A stretch of DNA of 64,000 bases from the NCBI GenBank assembly GCA_031406385.1, contig JANOHI010000012.1:7110-71109 (forward strand). Direction: 5' to 3'. Each line of letters opens with the position of its first letter. Position 1 is the first letter of the stretch. Shown in pieces: positions 36,078-44,672 of this stretch. This stretch comes from Acidimicrobiia bacterium (GTDB taxonomy: Bacteria; Actinomycetota; Acidimicrobiia; Acidimicrobiales; JANYDT01). Both the position numbers and the translations under genes were made by a program. The notes below the pieces were generated by a model. The model saw only the letters and a list, made by a program, of their open reading frames with translations, was not told the origin of the DNA and searched no databases.

Positions 36078-38372
36078 ATGACCGAGGGGCAACGACACCG
36101 AGCCATCGTGGTGTCGACCGCGGTTGGCGGAGCTCTCGGCGCAGCGACCCGAGGGATGGCTCCGACCGGTTCGCCGGTCATCGACACCATCGAGGCCGCT
36201 GCCCTCGGCGCGTTCGTGGCCGTTGCCGCAGTCTCGTGCCCTTGGTTGCTGCTCGTCGCGGCGGCGATGATCGGCACGCTCGTTGCGCCGACCGGGGTGG
36301 TCGCGGCCGTGGTTGTCGTCGGTGGTCTCGCCGCGTTGGCGTCGGCGACCCGACGAGCGGTCGGGTGGCCGGCGGTGTCGGTCGGTCTTCGGGGAGTGGC
36401 CGGCGCCGCGCTCGTGTTCGCCTTCTGCCGGATTCGCATCTCCGTGTTTCATGGTGCTTCGGCGCTCGTCGCCGGCGCGGTGTTCGTCTTGATCAGTTGT
36501 TTCGCGGTCGCTCGTGGTCGGCGTTGGCGACGTGCGTCGGTGGCGGCCGCGCTCTCCGGCCTGGCCGCCGGACTTGCCGTTGCACTGTTTCTCCTCGGGG
36601 GGCTCGCCACCCGAGACGACCTCAACGGGGCAAAGGTCGCCGCCGAGCGAGCCCTCGACGAAGTCCGCTCCGGCGATTTCCCGCGAGCAAAGTCGTCGCT
36701 TGCCGTCGCCACAGCTTCGTTCCGTCGCGCCGATCGCCGGCTCCGGCACTGGTCCGTGGCGCCGGCCGCCGCCGTTCCCTTCGTCGGCCGGTACCGCGCT
36801 GCCTTGGTCGACCTCACCCGGGCCGGTCGACGACTCGGTGATGACGTCGGGCGAACTCTCGGGGAAGCGGATCTCGATCGGCTCAAACCCCGAGGTGGGC
36901 GCGTCGATCTGGCCGAGCTGCGGCGGATCACCCCGGCCCTCGATGCCAGTGACCGGGCGATCAGTGATCTCGACCGCCTGCTGGTGCGGACCATGGCCGA
37001 CCCGTGGATGGTTCCACCGGTCCGGCAACGCCTGGGTCCGCTGGCTGAGCGCGCCGCGAAGGCACGCTACGACTCGGCCACTGCGGCAATGGCGGTGCGA
37101 TCCGGCCGGGCCCTTCTCGGCGGCGACGGATTGCGGCGCTACCTGGTGCTGTTTACGACACCGGCGGAGGCGAGAGGCTTGGGTGGCTTCGCCGGAAACT
37201 TCGCCGAGCTCACGGCGGAGAACGGCCAGCTGACCATCACCCGCTTCGGTCGCAGCGAGGAACTGTTCCCTCCGGTCGGTGGCCCGGCGTTGACCATCAC
37301 GGGTCCCCCTGGATGGGCGGCTTCGTGGGCGAGATTCGGCGGAATCAGCCCGGAGAACGGGAAGATGCTGCGGGACTACTGGCTTGCCATCACCATGCCT
37401 CCGAGTCTCTCTGACGTCGGCGAACTGGCGGCGGAGATCTACCCGCAGGTCGGCGGCTCGCCTATCGACGGAGTGATCGCCGTGGATCCGTTCGGCTTGA
37501 GTGCGCTCCTGGCACTGACCGGGCCGATCAACGTGCCGAGCATCGGGACGAACCTCGACTCGTCGTCCGTGGTCGAATACCTCGTGCGGACGCAGTACCG
37601 CGACTTCGATACCAACGAGACCCGTGTTGACGGCCTGGAAGCGGTGGCACTGGCAACCACCGAAGCGCTTCTCGGCACCGGTTCCTCGCTTCCCTCTCCC
37701 CCGGACATTGCGAAGATTCTGAGTCCGGCAGCGCGGGCGAACCATCTCACGATGTGGTCGCGCCGAAGGGACGAGGAGGCGCTCCTTGGACGCATCGGGG
37801 CCGACAACGCTCTTCCACCGGTCAACGGGGATTCGCTTGCCGTCGTGTTTCAGAGCATCTCGTCGTCGAAGCTCGACGCCTTCACGAGGCGCTCCATCGA
37901 CTACGAAGCGACGGTGGACCCGAAGACCGGGGCGGCAAGAGGCGACATCACGGTCACCATCCGCAACGATGCCACCGAGACTGGTCTGCCCCCGTATGTC
38001 TACGGATTCAAGCCGGCGACCGGCGAGACCTCCTACGGCGAGCATATGCTCTATGTGACGGTGTACACGGCGTATCCCGTCGTCACCGCAACTGTGAACG
38101 GGGCGACCACGAACGTGTGGCGGTGGACTGAGCACGGACGCAATGCCACGACCGCGTTCATCCGGATTCCGGCTGGGCGGACGGAGGAGGTCCGGTTTTC
38201 GCTCCGGGGCTACCTGCCGCCGAACAGCACGTATCGCCTCGCCGTTCGTGCCCAAACCTCGGGGACCACCCCGGACCGGTACCGGATCCGGGTCAACGCC
38301 GGGGGGGCGGATGCTCTCGCCGTTGACGAGGAAATCGAGGGTGTACGGCGGTTCAAAGAAGGGGTACGATGA
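36078..38372 (+). CDS. DUF4012-like membrane protein
   Basis: The N-terminus is multi-TM. RYLVLFTTPAEARGLGGFAGNFAELTAENGQLTI resembles the core block of DUF4012 proteins common in actinobacterial polysaccharide loci. Confidence 0.75.
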   Translation: MTEGQRHRAIVVSTAVGGALGAATRGMAPTGSPVIDTIEAAALGAFVAVAAVSCPWLLLVAAAMIGTLVAPTGVVAAVVVVGGLAALASATRRAVGWPAVSVGLRGVAGAALVFAFCRIRISVFHGASALVAGAVFVLISCFAVARGRRWRRASVAAALSGLAAGLAVALFLLGGLATRDDLNGAKVAAERALDEVRSGDFPRAKSSLAVATASFRRADRRLRHWSVAPAAAVPFVGRYRAALVDLTRAGRRLGDDVGRTLGEADLDRLKPRGGRVDLAELRRITPALDASDRAISDLDRLLVRTMADPWMVPPVRQRLGPLAERAAKARYDSATAAMAVRSGRALLGGDGLRRYLVLFTTPAEARGLGGFAGNFAELTAENGQLTITRFGRSEELFPPVGGPALTITGPPGWAASWARFGGISPENGKMLRDYWLAITMPPSLSDVGELAAEIYPQVGGSPIDGVIAVDPFGLSALLALTGPINVPSIGTNLDSSSVVEYLVRTQYRDFDTNETRVDGLEAVALATTEALLGTGSSLPSPPDIAKILSPAARANHLTMWSRRRDEEALLGRIGADNALPPVNGDSLAVVFQSISSSKLDAFTRRSIDYEATVDPKTGAARGDITVTIRNDATETGLPPYVYGFKPATGETSYGEHMLYVTVYTAYPVVTATVNGATTNVWRWTEHGRNATTAFIRIPAGRTEEVRFSLRGYLPPNSTYRLAVRAQTSGTTPDRYRIRVNAGGADALAVDEEIEGVRRFKEGVR

Positions 38373-38824
38373 CCACTGTGAGCATTTTGGACGGGAAGGT
38401 GAACAAAGGCTTCGGGCCACTGACCAGCGCGAAACGATTGGCCACCCGGTGTGTGGCTGTCGGTCTGTTCGCTCTTGCATCGGCCGGACCTGCTTCCGCC
38501 CAGAGCGCGACAAGCCAGTTACCGATCCCACCGGTCGTTCCGCCGTCGCTCGTCCCCGTCCCCGCCTCCGCAGCCCCAGCGGCCGCCGGTCCGACGATCA
38601 GCGTGCAAGGGGCAACCCTGGTGTCAAGCACGACGCCGACGACGACGCCCACGACATTGGCGATCAAACCATCAGTCCTCGGCGAGGCCCTGGTTGCCCC
38701 TCAAGTCAGTCCCGCAGTCGCATTCACCGGCTCCGACGTCGCTGGGCCGCTTCGGCTCGCGTTCACCTTGGGGTTGGCCGGTGCCGGGCTCGTCCTGGTT
38801 ACCCGCCGACGCCGCTCGGCCTGA
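38369..38824 (+). CDS. small secreted protein with C-terminal sorting-signal-like tail
   Basis: It has an ATGA overlap with the DUF4012 gene. The signal peptide reads RLATRCVAVGLFALASAGPASA/QS. The C-terminus is AVAFTGSD followed by a hydrophobic stretch (LRLAFTLGLAGAGLVLV) and then TRRRRSA. Confidence 0.65.
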   Translation: MTTVSILDGKVNKGFGPLTSAKRLATRCVAVGLFALASAGPASAQSATSQLPIPPVVPPSLVPVPASAAPAAAGPTISVQGATLVSSTTPTTTPTTLAIKPSVLGEALVAPQVSPAVAFTGSDVAGPLRLAFTLGLAGAGLVLVTRRRRSA

Positions 38825-38855
38825 TCGGGCGCCGAACCGCCCGATTTGGGGCGCC

Positions 38856-39308
38856 CTACATCCAGACCGGGGCGTCGGTCCGGCCCAAGTCCTTGCGTGC
38901 TCCCGGCCCGGCCGGCTCGCCCGGCTGGTCGACGACCGTCCCGCAGGTCGGGCACCACGGACGCCATGACAGCGACGACCCGCACACGTCGTGGGTTCGG
39001 TGCTCGGGGAGGCCGTGCATGCGAGCGCCCCACGAGGAGAGCGCGCCGAGCACCGTGGCCAGTTCCCGGCCTGTCGTCGTGAGCTCGTAGGCCAGCCGTC
39101 GGGGCCGTTCCTGATACGGGCTCGACGTCAGCAGCCTCTCCGTTTCGAGGTGCCGGAGCCGGGCGGCCAACACGTTCGGAGCGATGCCGGGCACATCGCC
39201 GGCGAGTTCGTTGTAGCGACGCGGCCCGCTGAGCAGGGCCCGGACAACGAGGAGCGACCAACGGTCACCGACCTGATCGAGGGCCAGCGCGAGAGCTTGA
39301 TCGTGCAC
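38856..39308 (-). CDS. HxlR-family winged-helix transcriptional regulator
   Basis: ALDQVGDRWSLLVVRALLSGPRRYNELAGDVPGIAPNVLAARLRHLETERLL is the HxlR core. A GTG start is proposed at 39308. The longer ORF would run through the operator and the divergent gene start. Confidence 0.75.
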   Translation of the reverse strand: MHDQALALALDQVGDRWSLLVVRALLSGPRRYNELAGDVPGIAPNVLAARLRHLETERLLTSSPYQERPRRLAYELTTTGRELATVLGALSSWGARMHGLPEHRTHDVCGSSLSWRPWCPTCGTVVDQPGEPAGPGARKDLGRTDAPVWM

Positions 39309-39342
39309 AACGAAGAGTCTTGCAGTTGGGTGCCGAGATGAT

Positions 39343-39365
39343 GTAACTTGCAATCTGCAAGTTAC
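39343..39365. promoter_or_regulatory. perfect 10-bp inverted repeat GTAACTTGCA-atc-TGCAAGTTAC (candidate HxlR operator)
   Basis: It is seen directly in the AT-richer divergent intergenic region between the HxlR gene and the protease gene. Confidence 0.6.
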
Positions 39366-39424
39366 TAGTCGCGAACACCACCCCGCCAACACCAACCCCG
39401 CCCACACCTTCGAAGGACAACCCC

Positions 39425-40330
39425 ATGGCTTCCCCACTGCACGAACTCAACACCGCACTCGCCACCGTCTCCGCCAAAGCGGCAGCCGCAACCGTCGCCA
39501 TAGGTCGCGACGGCCGAGGCTCCGGAGTGGTCATCGCCGAAGGGGTCGTCATCACGAACGCCCACTCGCTGCGCGCCCGCACCACCCAGGTCCGCTTCGC
39601 CGACGGCCGCATCGAGCAGGCCGAGGTGCGCGGCTCGGACACCGACGGGGACCTCATCGCCCTCACCGTCGACACCGGTTCCGTGAAACCCCTCGAGGCC
39701 GCGGAAGCAGCACCGCAACCCGGCCACTTCGTCGTGGCCGCCCACGGCGACGGCTCCGTCGGGGTTGGCACGGTGGCCGCCGTGAACCGCACGTTCCCCG
39801 GTCCGCGTGGACGCTCGATCGACAACGCCATCGAGCACACCGCCGCCTTGGCACGCGGTGCATCAGGCGGACCGCTAGTCGATGTCGACGGCAACCTCAT
39901 CGGCATCAATACCAATCGGTCCGACGTCGGATACCAAGCGATTGCCTATGCCGGGGCGACACGCGCCCGCATCGACGCGCTTATCACCGGAACATCGTTC
40001 CATCGACGCCAACTCGGCGTGGCCCTCGCACCGGCAGCGGCAACTGCAGCAGTGCGTCGTGCCGCAGGACTGCCCGAGATCACCGGGCTGCTGGTCCGTG
40101 GGGTGGCTGAGGACTCTCCGGCCCATCGCGCCGGCCTGGCCCAGGGGGATGTGATCGTGTCGGCCGGACCGGTGGCGATCGACAGCCTCGATGCGCTCGC
40201 TCGCGCCCTCGACACGAACGAGGACACCATCGTGCTCACCGTGGTCCGGGGTGTCGATGAGCGCACCGTCTCGGTGAGTTTCGCCGCGCCGGCGGAGCCG
40301 ACTACGACCGCCGACGCCGCAACCGCCTGA
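39425..40330 (+). CDS. trypsin-like (S1C/HtrA-type) serine protease with PDZ domain
   Basis: It has GSGVVIAEGVVITNAHS (His), DGDLIAL (Asp) and GASGGPLVDVDGNLIGINT (Ser). The PDZ-like segment reads LLVRGVAEDSPAHRAGLAQGDVIVS. Confidence 0.85.
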   Translation: MASPLHELNTALATVSAKAAAATVAIGRDGRGSGVVIAEGVVITNAHSLRARTTQVRFADGRIEQAEVRGSDTDGDLIALTVDTGSVKPLEAAEAAPQPGHFVVAAHGDGSVGVGTVAAVNRTFPGPRGRSIDNAIEHTAALARGASGGPLVDVDGNLIGINTNRSDVGYQAIAYAGATRARIDALITGTSFHRRQLGVALAPAAATAAVRRAAGLPEITGLLVRGVAEDSPAHRAGLAQGDVIVSAGPVAIDSLDALARALDTNEDTIVLTVVRGVDERTVSVSFAAPAEPTTTADAATA

Positions 40331-40367
40331 ACCCCGAAGACCCTGTGGCGGCGAGCCGCGCGTTGCG

Positions 40368-41708
40368 TCAGGAGGGGACGTCGAGGATGTGGTCGAGCCA
40401 GTCGTGGTAGTGCTGCACGCGGGACTCGTCAGCCGACAGAAGCGCGGTGCTGAACCCGCGTGAGCGCATCCCCCGCTGCACGTCACGGATGAGATGGATG
40501 TCCTGATCGATGGTGATGGTCATCGTCTTCCGCCCGGCGATCACGTCGTCCTGGGTGAACTCGTCGTGCTCCGGTCGAGACGGTTGTTCGAAGAGCGTCG
40601 ACGGATGCGGCGTGAACGCAACGCCGGCACGGTCGGCGACCGCTTCGCTCGGAGCGAGTCGGAATGTGAACTTGTCCCACAGACATCGACCCGGATCGGT
40701 CGGGTGCGGCCGTGCCCGCATGACCAACGCGCTGTCGGGCTGGACGGTCAGCATCATGTTCGGGAAGACGTTGTATTGCTCCACGTCGCTGAGCCGATCG
40801 TCGGACAGCGCGTCGAAGTCGAAGCCGAGCTGTGGGGCGCGCTCGCGTCGGAGCTTCTGGATGTCGTGACGGATGTCGAGCACCCGCCCGACGTAGTCCT
40901 CGGGGTCGAGTCCCCACACCTTCAGTTGCTGCGTGAGGAACGGCGTCGGCTCGTCGGGAATCGGCAGACGGGTGTTCACGGTGTGCCCGTCGATGGTCAC
41001 ACTGGAATGCCCGTTGCCGAACAGGTCGACCTGCGCGGTGGGACAGTCGAACAGGGTCTTGTGCTGCGGATGGATGTGCTCGACGTGGTACAGCTCTCCG
41101 AAGTTGTCGAACACGGCCTTCCAGTTGCAGTCGAGATGCACGGTCTGATCGCCGATGAGCGTCATCTCCTCGAGCCGGTACGGATCAACGAGCTCGGCGA
41201 CACCGGCGAGGTAGTCGCGCAGCGGCACCGCATCCGGATCCATGCACACCCACACGAGGCCGGCCCAGGTGTCGACGCGCAGCGGTTGCAGCGATCGCGT
41301 CGACCGGTCGACTCCCCCGTCGAATCGGGCATTGTCGGGAACGACGATCAGTCGCCCATCGTTGCGGTACGTCCAACCGTGATAGCCGCACTCGAAGCTC
41401 TTCGCACATCCCCGTTCACCGGTCACGAGGCGCATGCCGCGGTGCTGGCACACGTTGTACATCGCCGCGAGTTCACCGGCGTCGGTGCGCACGATCAGGA
41501 TCGACTCGTCGGCGATGTCGAACCTTGCGAACTCCCCCGGCGTGGCAACGTCGCGCTCCAAGCACGCGAAGATCCAGACGCGGTCCCAGAGCGACTCCGC
41601 CTCGCGTGACATCCACACCGGCGACACATACCGGTCGGCCGAGATCGTCACGGGCCCCCGGGGCGCGGCCTGGTGGACGATCGTTGGTCGGGCCTGCACT
41701 CTCTCCAC
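40368..41708 (-). CDS. Rieske (2Fe-2S) aromatic-ring-hydroxylating oxygenase alpha subunit
   Basis: The Rieske motif is CQHRGMRL...CGYHGWTY. The catalytic-domain His/Asp region reads YHVEHIHPQH. Confidence 0.9.
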   Translation of the reverse strand: MERVQARPTIVHQAAPRGPVTISADRYVSPVWMSREAESLWDRVWIFACLERDVATPGEFARFDIADESILIVRTDAGELAAMYNVCQHRGMRLVTGERGCAKSFECGYHGWTYRNDGRLIVVPDNARFDGGVDRSTRSLQPLRVDTWAGLVWVCMDPDAVPLRDYLAGVAELVDPYRLEEMTLIGDQTVHLDCNWKAVFDNFGELYHVEHIHPQHKTLFDCPTAQVDLFGNGHSSVTIDGHTVNTRLPIPDEPTPFLTQQLKVWGLDPEDYVGRVLDIRHDIQKLRRERAPQLGFDFDALSDDRLSDVEQYNVFPNMMLTVQPDSALVMRARPHPTDPGRCLWDKFTFRLAPSEAVADRAGVAFTPHPSTLFEQPSRPEHDEFTQDDVIAGRKTMTITIDQDIHLIRDVQRGMRSRGFSTALLSADESRVQHYHDWLDHILDVPS

Positions 41709-41767
41709 GCGCTTCCTCTCGCTTCGGTTCGGCTTACGGCTTACGGCAGCGTCGCCCTCACGAGATC

Positions 41768-41920
41768 GTGGCCGGATCGACCCCGCACCCGCAAACTACA
41801 GCAGCGTTGCTCTGCTCGATCATCACCGGACCGACGCCGCGCCAGCGAGCAACAGCAGCGCGGCTCTGCTCGATCATCACCGGATCGACGCCGCGCCGCG
41901 AGCTACAGCAGCGTTGCCTC
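41768..41920. repeat. ~54-bp tandem repeat (about 2.5-3 copies) reiterating the 3' end of ilvA
   Basis: Copies start at 41796, 41850 and 41903 (ctacagcagcg..gctctgctcgatcatcaccgga.cgacgccgcgcc..gag). The third copy contains the actual ilvA stop codon, and a partial copy lies at 41768-41795. Confidence 0.75.
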
Positions 41921-43129
41921 GAAACCCTCGGCGCGGAGGGTGTCGATCACGTTGTTGCGATGCTCGGGGTTGCGGGTCTCGAGGACCATGAGGACCTCGA
42001 CCTGATCGACACCGATCTGCACGCCGGTGCGGTGGTGCTCCACGTCGAGGACGTTGAGTCCGAGGCGGGCGATGACCGCGGTCAACGCGGCGAGCGAGCC
42101 GGGGCGGTCACGGAAGACGATCCGCAGGCGTAGATACCGGCCCGCGGCCGACAGTCCGCGCGTGACGATCGAGGTGAGCAGCATCGGATCGACGTTGCCG
42201 CCCGACAGCACCACCACCGCCGGGTGGGCACCGCTGATCCTGCCGGCCAGCAGAGCCGCCAGGCCGACCGCACCGGAAGGCTCGACAACGGCCTTGGCCC
42301 GCTCCATGAGGAACAGCACAGCCTCGGCGATCTCGTCCTCCGTCACGGTGATCACGTCGTCGACGAGCGTTCGGGTCATTTCGAAGGTGATGTCGCCGGG
42401 CGCACGCAGCGCAATGCCGTCGGCCATCGTCGACGTGGAATCGAGGGTCACCACATGACCGGCGTCGAGCGACAGCCGCATCGACTTCGCCCCTTCCGCC
42501 TCCACCCCGACGATGGTCGCGTTCGGCATCGCATGCCGCAGCGCGAAGGCCGAGCCGGCGACCAACCCGCCACCACCGACGGGGATCAGGATCACCGGAT
42601 GGTCCGAGGCGTTGGCGGTTTCGGCATACTCCTCGGCCACTTCGACGCCGACCGTTGCTTGGCCGGCGATGATCAGCGGATCGTTGAAGGGCGGCACGAA
42701 CACCGCGCCGTGTTCCGCGGCATATGCACGCGCCAGACCGAGGCAGTCGTCGAGGCTCGGCCCGCCGATGATCACCTCAGCGCCATAGCCCTCCGTGGCC
42801 TTGAGCTTGGGCAGCGACACCGACTCGGGCATGAAGATCACCGAGCGACGGCCCGTCAGCGACGAGGCGAGAGCGACACCCTGGGCATGGTTTCCCGCTG
42901 ACGCGGCCACCACGTCGACACCCGGGTCGAGTCGGCTGATCCGGTTGTAGGCACCACGGATCTTGAACGATCCAGCCCGCTGAAGATGCTCGGGCTTCAG
43001 GTAGACCGGCCGCCCGAGGGCCCGCGACACCGCGTCGGCGAGACGTGTCGGTGTCTTGCGGATCACCCCGTCGAGTCGACGGCGCGCGTCGATGACATCG
43101 TCGTGGGTGATCGGTGAGGGGTCGTTCAT
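41903..43129 (-). CDS. ilvA: threonine ammonia-lyase (threonine dehydratase) with C-terminal ACT-like domain
   Basis: 408 aa. It carries the PLP-Lys block LQRAGSFKIRGAYN and a glycine-rich loop PVGGGGLVAG. Confidence 0.9.
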   Translation of the reverse strand: MNDPSPITHDDVIDARRRLDGVIRKTPTRLADAVSRALGRPVYLKPEHLQRAGSFKIRGAYNRISRLDPGVDVVAASAGNHAQGVALASSLTGRRSVIFMPESVSLPKLKATEGYGAEVIIGGPSLDDCLGLARAYAAEHGAVFVPPFNDPLIIAGQATVGVEVAEEYAETANASDHPVILIPVGGGGLVAGSAFALRHAMPNATIVGVEAEGAKSMRLSLDAGHVVTLDSTSTMADGIALRAPGDITFEMTRTLVDDVITVTEDEIAEAVLFLMERAKAVVEPSGAVGLAALLAGRISGAHPAVVVLSGGNVDPMLLTSIVTRGLSAAGRYLRLRIVFRDRPGSLAALTAVIARLGLNVLDVEHHRTGVQIGVDQVEVLMVLETRNPEHRNNVIDTLRAEGFEATLL

Positions 43130-43144
43130 GGTGAGCGAAGCGCT

Positions 43145-44377
43145 TCAGCCGAGGACAACGCCGGGAGGAAGGTCGGCGAGCAGAGCGTCGCTGATCCACA
43201 TCTCGGTGAGGTGCAACGTCGAGCGGATCCGGACGACGCGTTTCGGTTCGTGGACCGGTCGGCCGCACATCGAAAGCGCAGCTTTGATCGCGTCTTCCCC
43301 GGTGGGCAGCGCCATCGGCATGCGCGAACGACGAACGCCCGCGGGGCCGGCGGTGAAGCAATTGATGTAGGTCTTGTGCCAATCGACCTTGGCGGCGACC
43401 TCGGTGGTGATGAAGTCGGCGAGACCAATACCCAACGCGTTGCCGTGGCCCCCGTCGGTGAGGCCGAGCGCCACGATGGTCGCCGTTGTCGACTGACCAT
43501 CGAGCCCGTTGACCCAGTAGCGGCCCGTGACGTTCGGGTCCATCATCACGCCGCTGATGTCCTTGCCGATCTCGTTGATGATGAGCACATCGATCGGTTC
43601 GAACGCCAAGCGAGTCACGTGCGTCTTGGCAAGATCGGTGAGGGCGATCTCGCGCGCCGCGCCGATCTCCGATCCGAGCAGGGCCTCGGCCACGACAACG
43701 TCACCGGCGGCGTTCTCGATACTGGCGAATCCACCGAGGAGTCGACCGGTGGTCCGATGCGCGACGATACCGTCGATGATCATCTGACGCATCACCTCGG
43801 GGCCGGACGCATGGATCTGAGCAGCGCCGGGCTGCTTGCCGAATCCGACCACGCACATCTTCGACAGTCCGCTCTCCAGCGGACCGGTGAAGCACGTGTG
43901 CGGCTTGATCCGATTGACCGGAAAGAAGTGGTCGGCACCGGCGGCATGGCGGTCGAGGAACATCGGAACACCGCCGGGCGTGCGGGCCACTTCGACGGTC
44001 TCCATCGTCGCCCGGATGGGTGCGCCCACGGCGTCCTCGGTGATCCCGTAGCCGGTCAGCACTTCGAGCTGTCCCTCGGCCGTCCCACCGCCATGGCTGC
44101 CCATCGCTGGGACGATGAACGGATCGGCGCCTACGGAGCGAAGCCCCTCGATCACGCCGGCGAGCATCTCGACGCGGGCCGTGAGACCACGACTGCCGGC
44201 ACCCACCGCCACGGTTGCTCCGGGGCGGACCACGCCGTCGAAGCGAGCCTTGACGGACGCGGCGGCAGCGGATCGCACGTCGTCGATCGGCACGCCGAAA
44301 GCAGCCGGGAGCACGACCCGGTGGAGTTCGGGGATCGTCAGGTCAGGGTGGAACGGGAGCTTCACACCGCGAAGCAT
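43145..44377 (-). CDS. conserved hypothetical protein (possibly LarA/DUF2088- or DUF362-like; function not assigned)
   Basis: The start is ATG at 44377 (MLRGVKLPF). The conserved-looking blocks IVPAMGSHGGGTAEGQLEVLTGYGI and VNRIKPHTCFTGPLESGLSKM are present. Family recognition is only from memory. Confidence 0.6.
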   Translation of the reverse strand: MLRGVKLPFHPDLTIPELHRVVLPAAFGVPIDDVRSAAAASVKARFDGVVRPGATVAVGAGSRGLTARVEMLAGVIEGLRSVGADPFIVPAMGSHGGGTAEGQLEVLTGYGITEDAVGAPIRATMETVEVARTPGGVPMFLDRHAAGADHFFPVNRIKPHTCFTGPLESGLSKMCVVGFGKQPGAAQIHASGPEVMRQMIIDGIVAHRTTGRLLGGFASIENAAGDVVVAEALLGSEIGAAREIALTDLAKTHVTRLAFEPIDVLIINEIGKDISGVMMDPNVTGRYWVNGLDGQSTTATIVALGLTDGGHGNALGIGLADFITTEVAAKVDWHKTYINCFTAGPAGVRRSRMPMALPTGEDAIKAALSMCGRPVHEPKRVVRIRSTLHLTEMWISDALLADLPPGVVLG

Positions 44378-44672
44378 CGCGGCGAAGTTCGCAGGATCAC
44401 TCGGCGTTGTGGGCACCTTCGCAGCGTATGCCGCTTTCGCGCTGACGACGAGGGCGAGCCGTCGGTGGCGGCTTAGCTCTCGAGGATGTCGGCGTTGCGC
44501 GTCCGGTTGGCGCCACGTTGTCGAGTTGACGACACGCTCAACCAGCCACGCAAGTCGCCAACCAACCACACAATCCGACAGTCCGAACGCCAACCCGGGC
44601 GCGAACGGCTTGGCGGAAGAACTAACCACCCGATTAGATTTCGCTCACACAACACCACCGATGGAGGACACC

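Noticed and set aside
35934-38531. An 865-aa ORF antisense to the DUF4012 gene. It is the longest ORF in this region.
   Set aside because: Its composition is Arg/Gly/Pro-rich and it has no recognisable motif. The opposite strand carries a family-like membrane protein with sensible TM segments. This is a typical shadow ORF of GC-rich DNA.
44115-44672. An upstream extension of the CMD ORF (the 247-aa version starting at 44115).
   Set aside because: It is antisense to the well-supported 43145-44377 gene and its composition is Arg/Ser/Thr-rich. The ATG at 44673 has a GGAGGA RBS and gives the family-typical MARI.. N-terminus.
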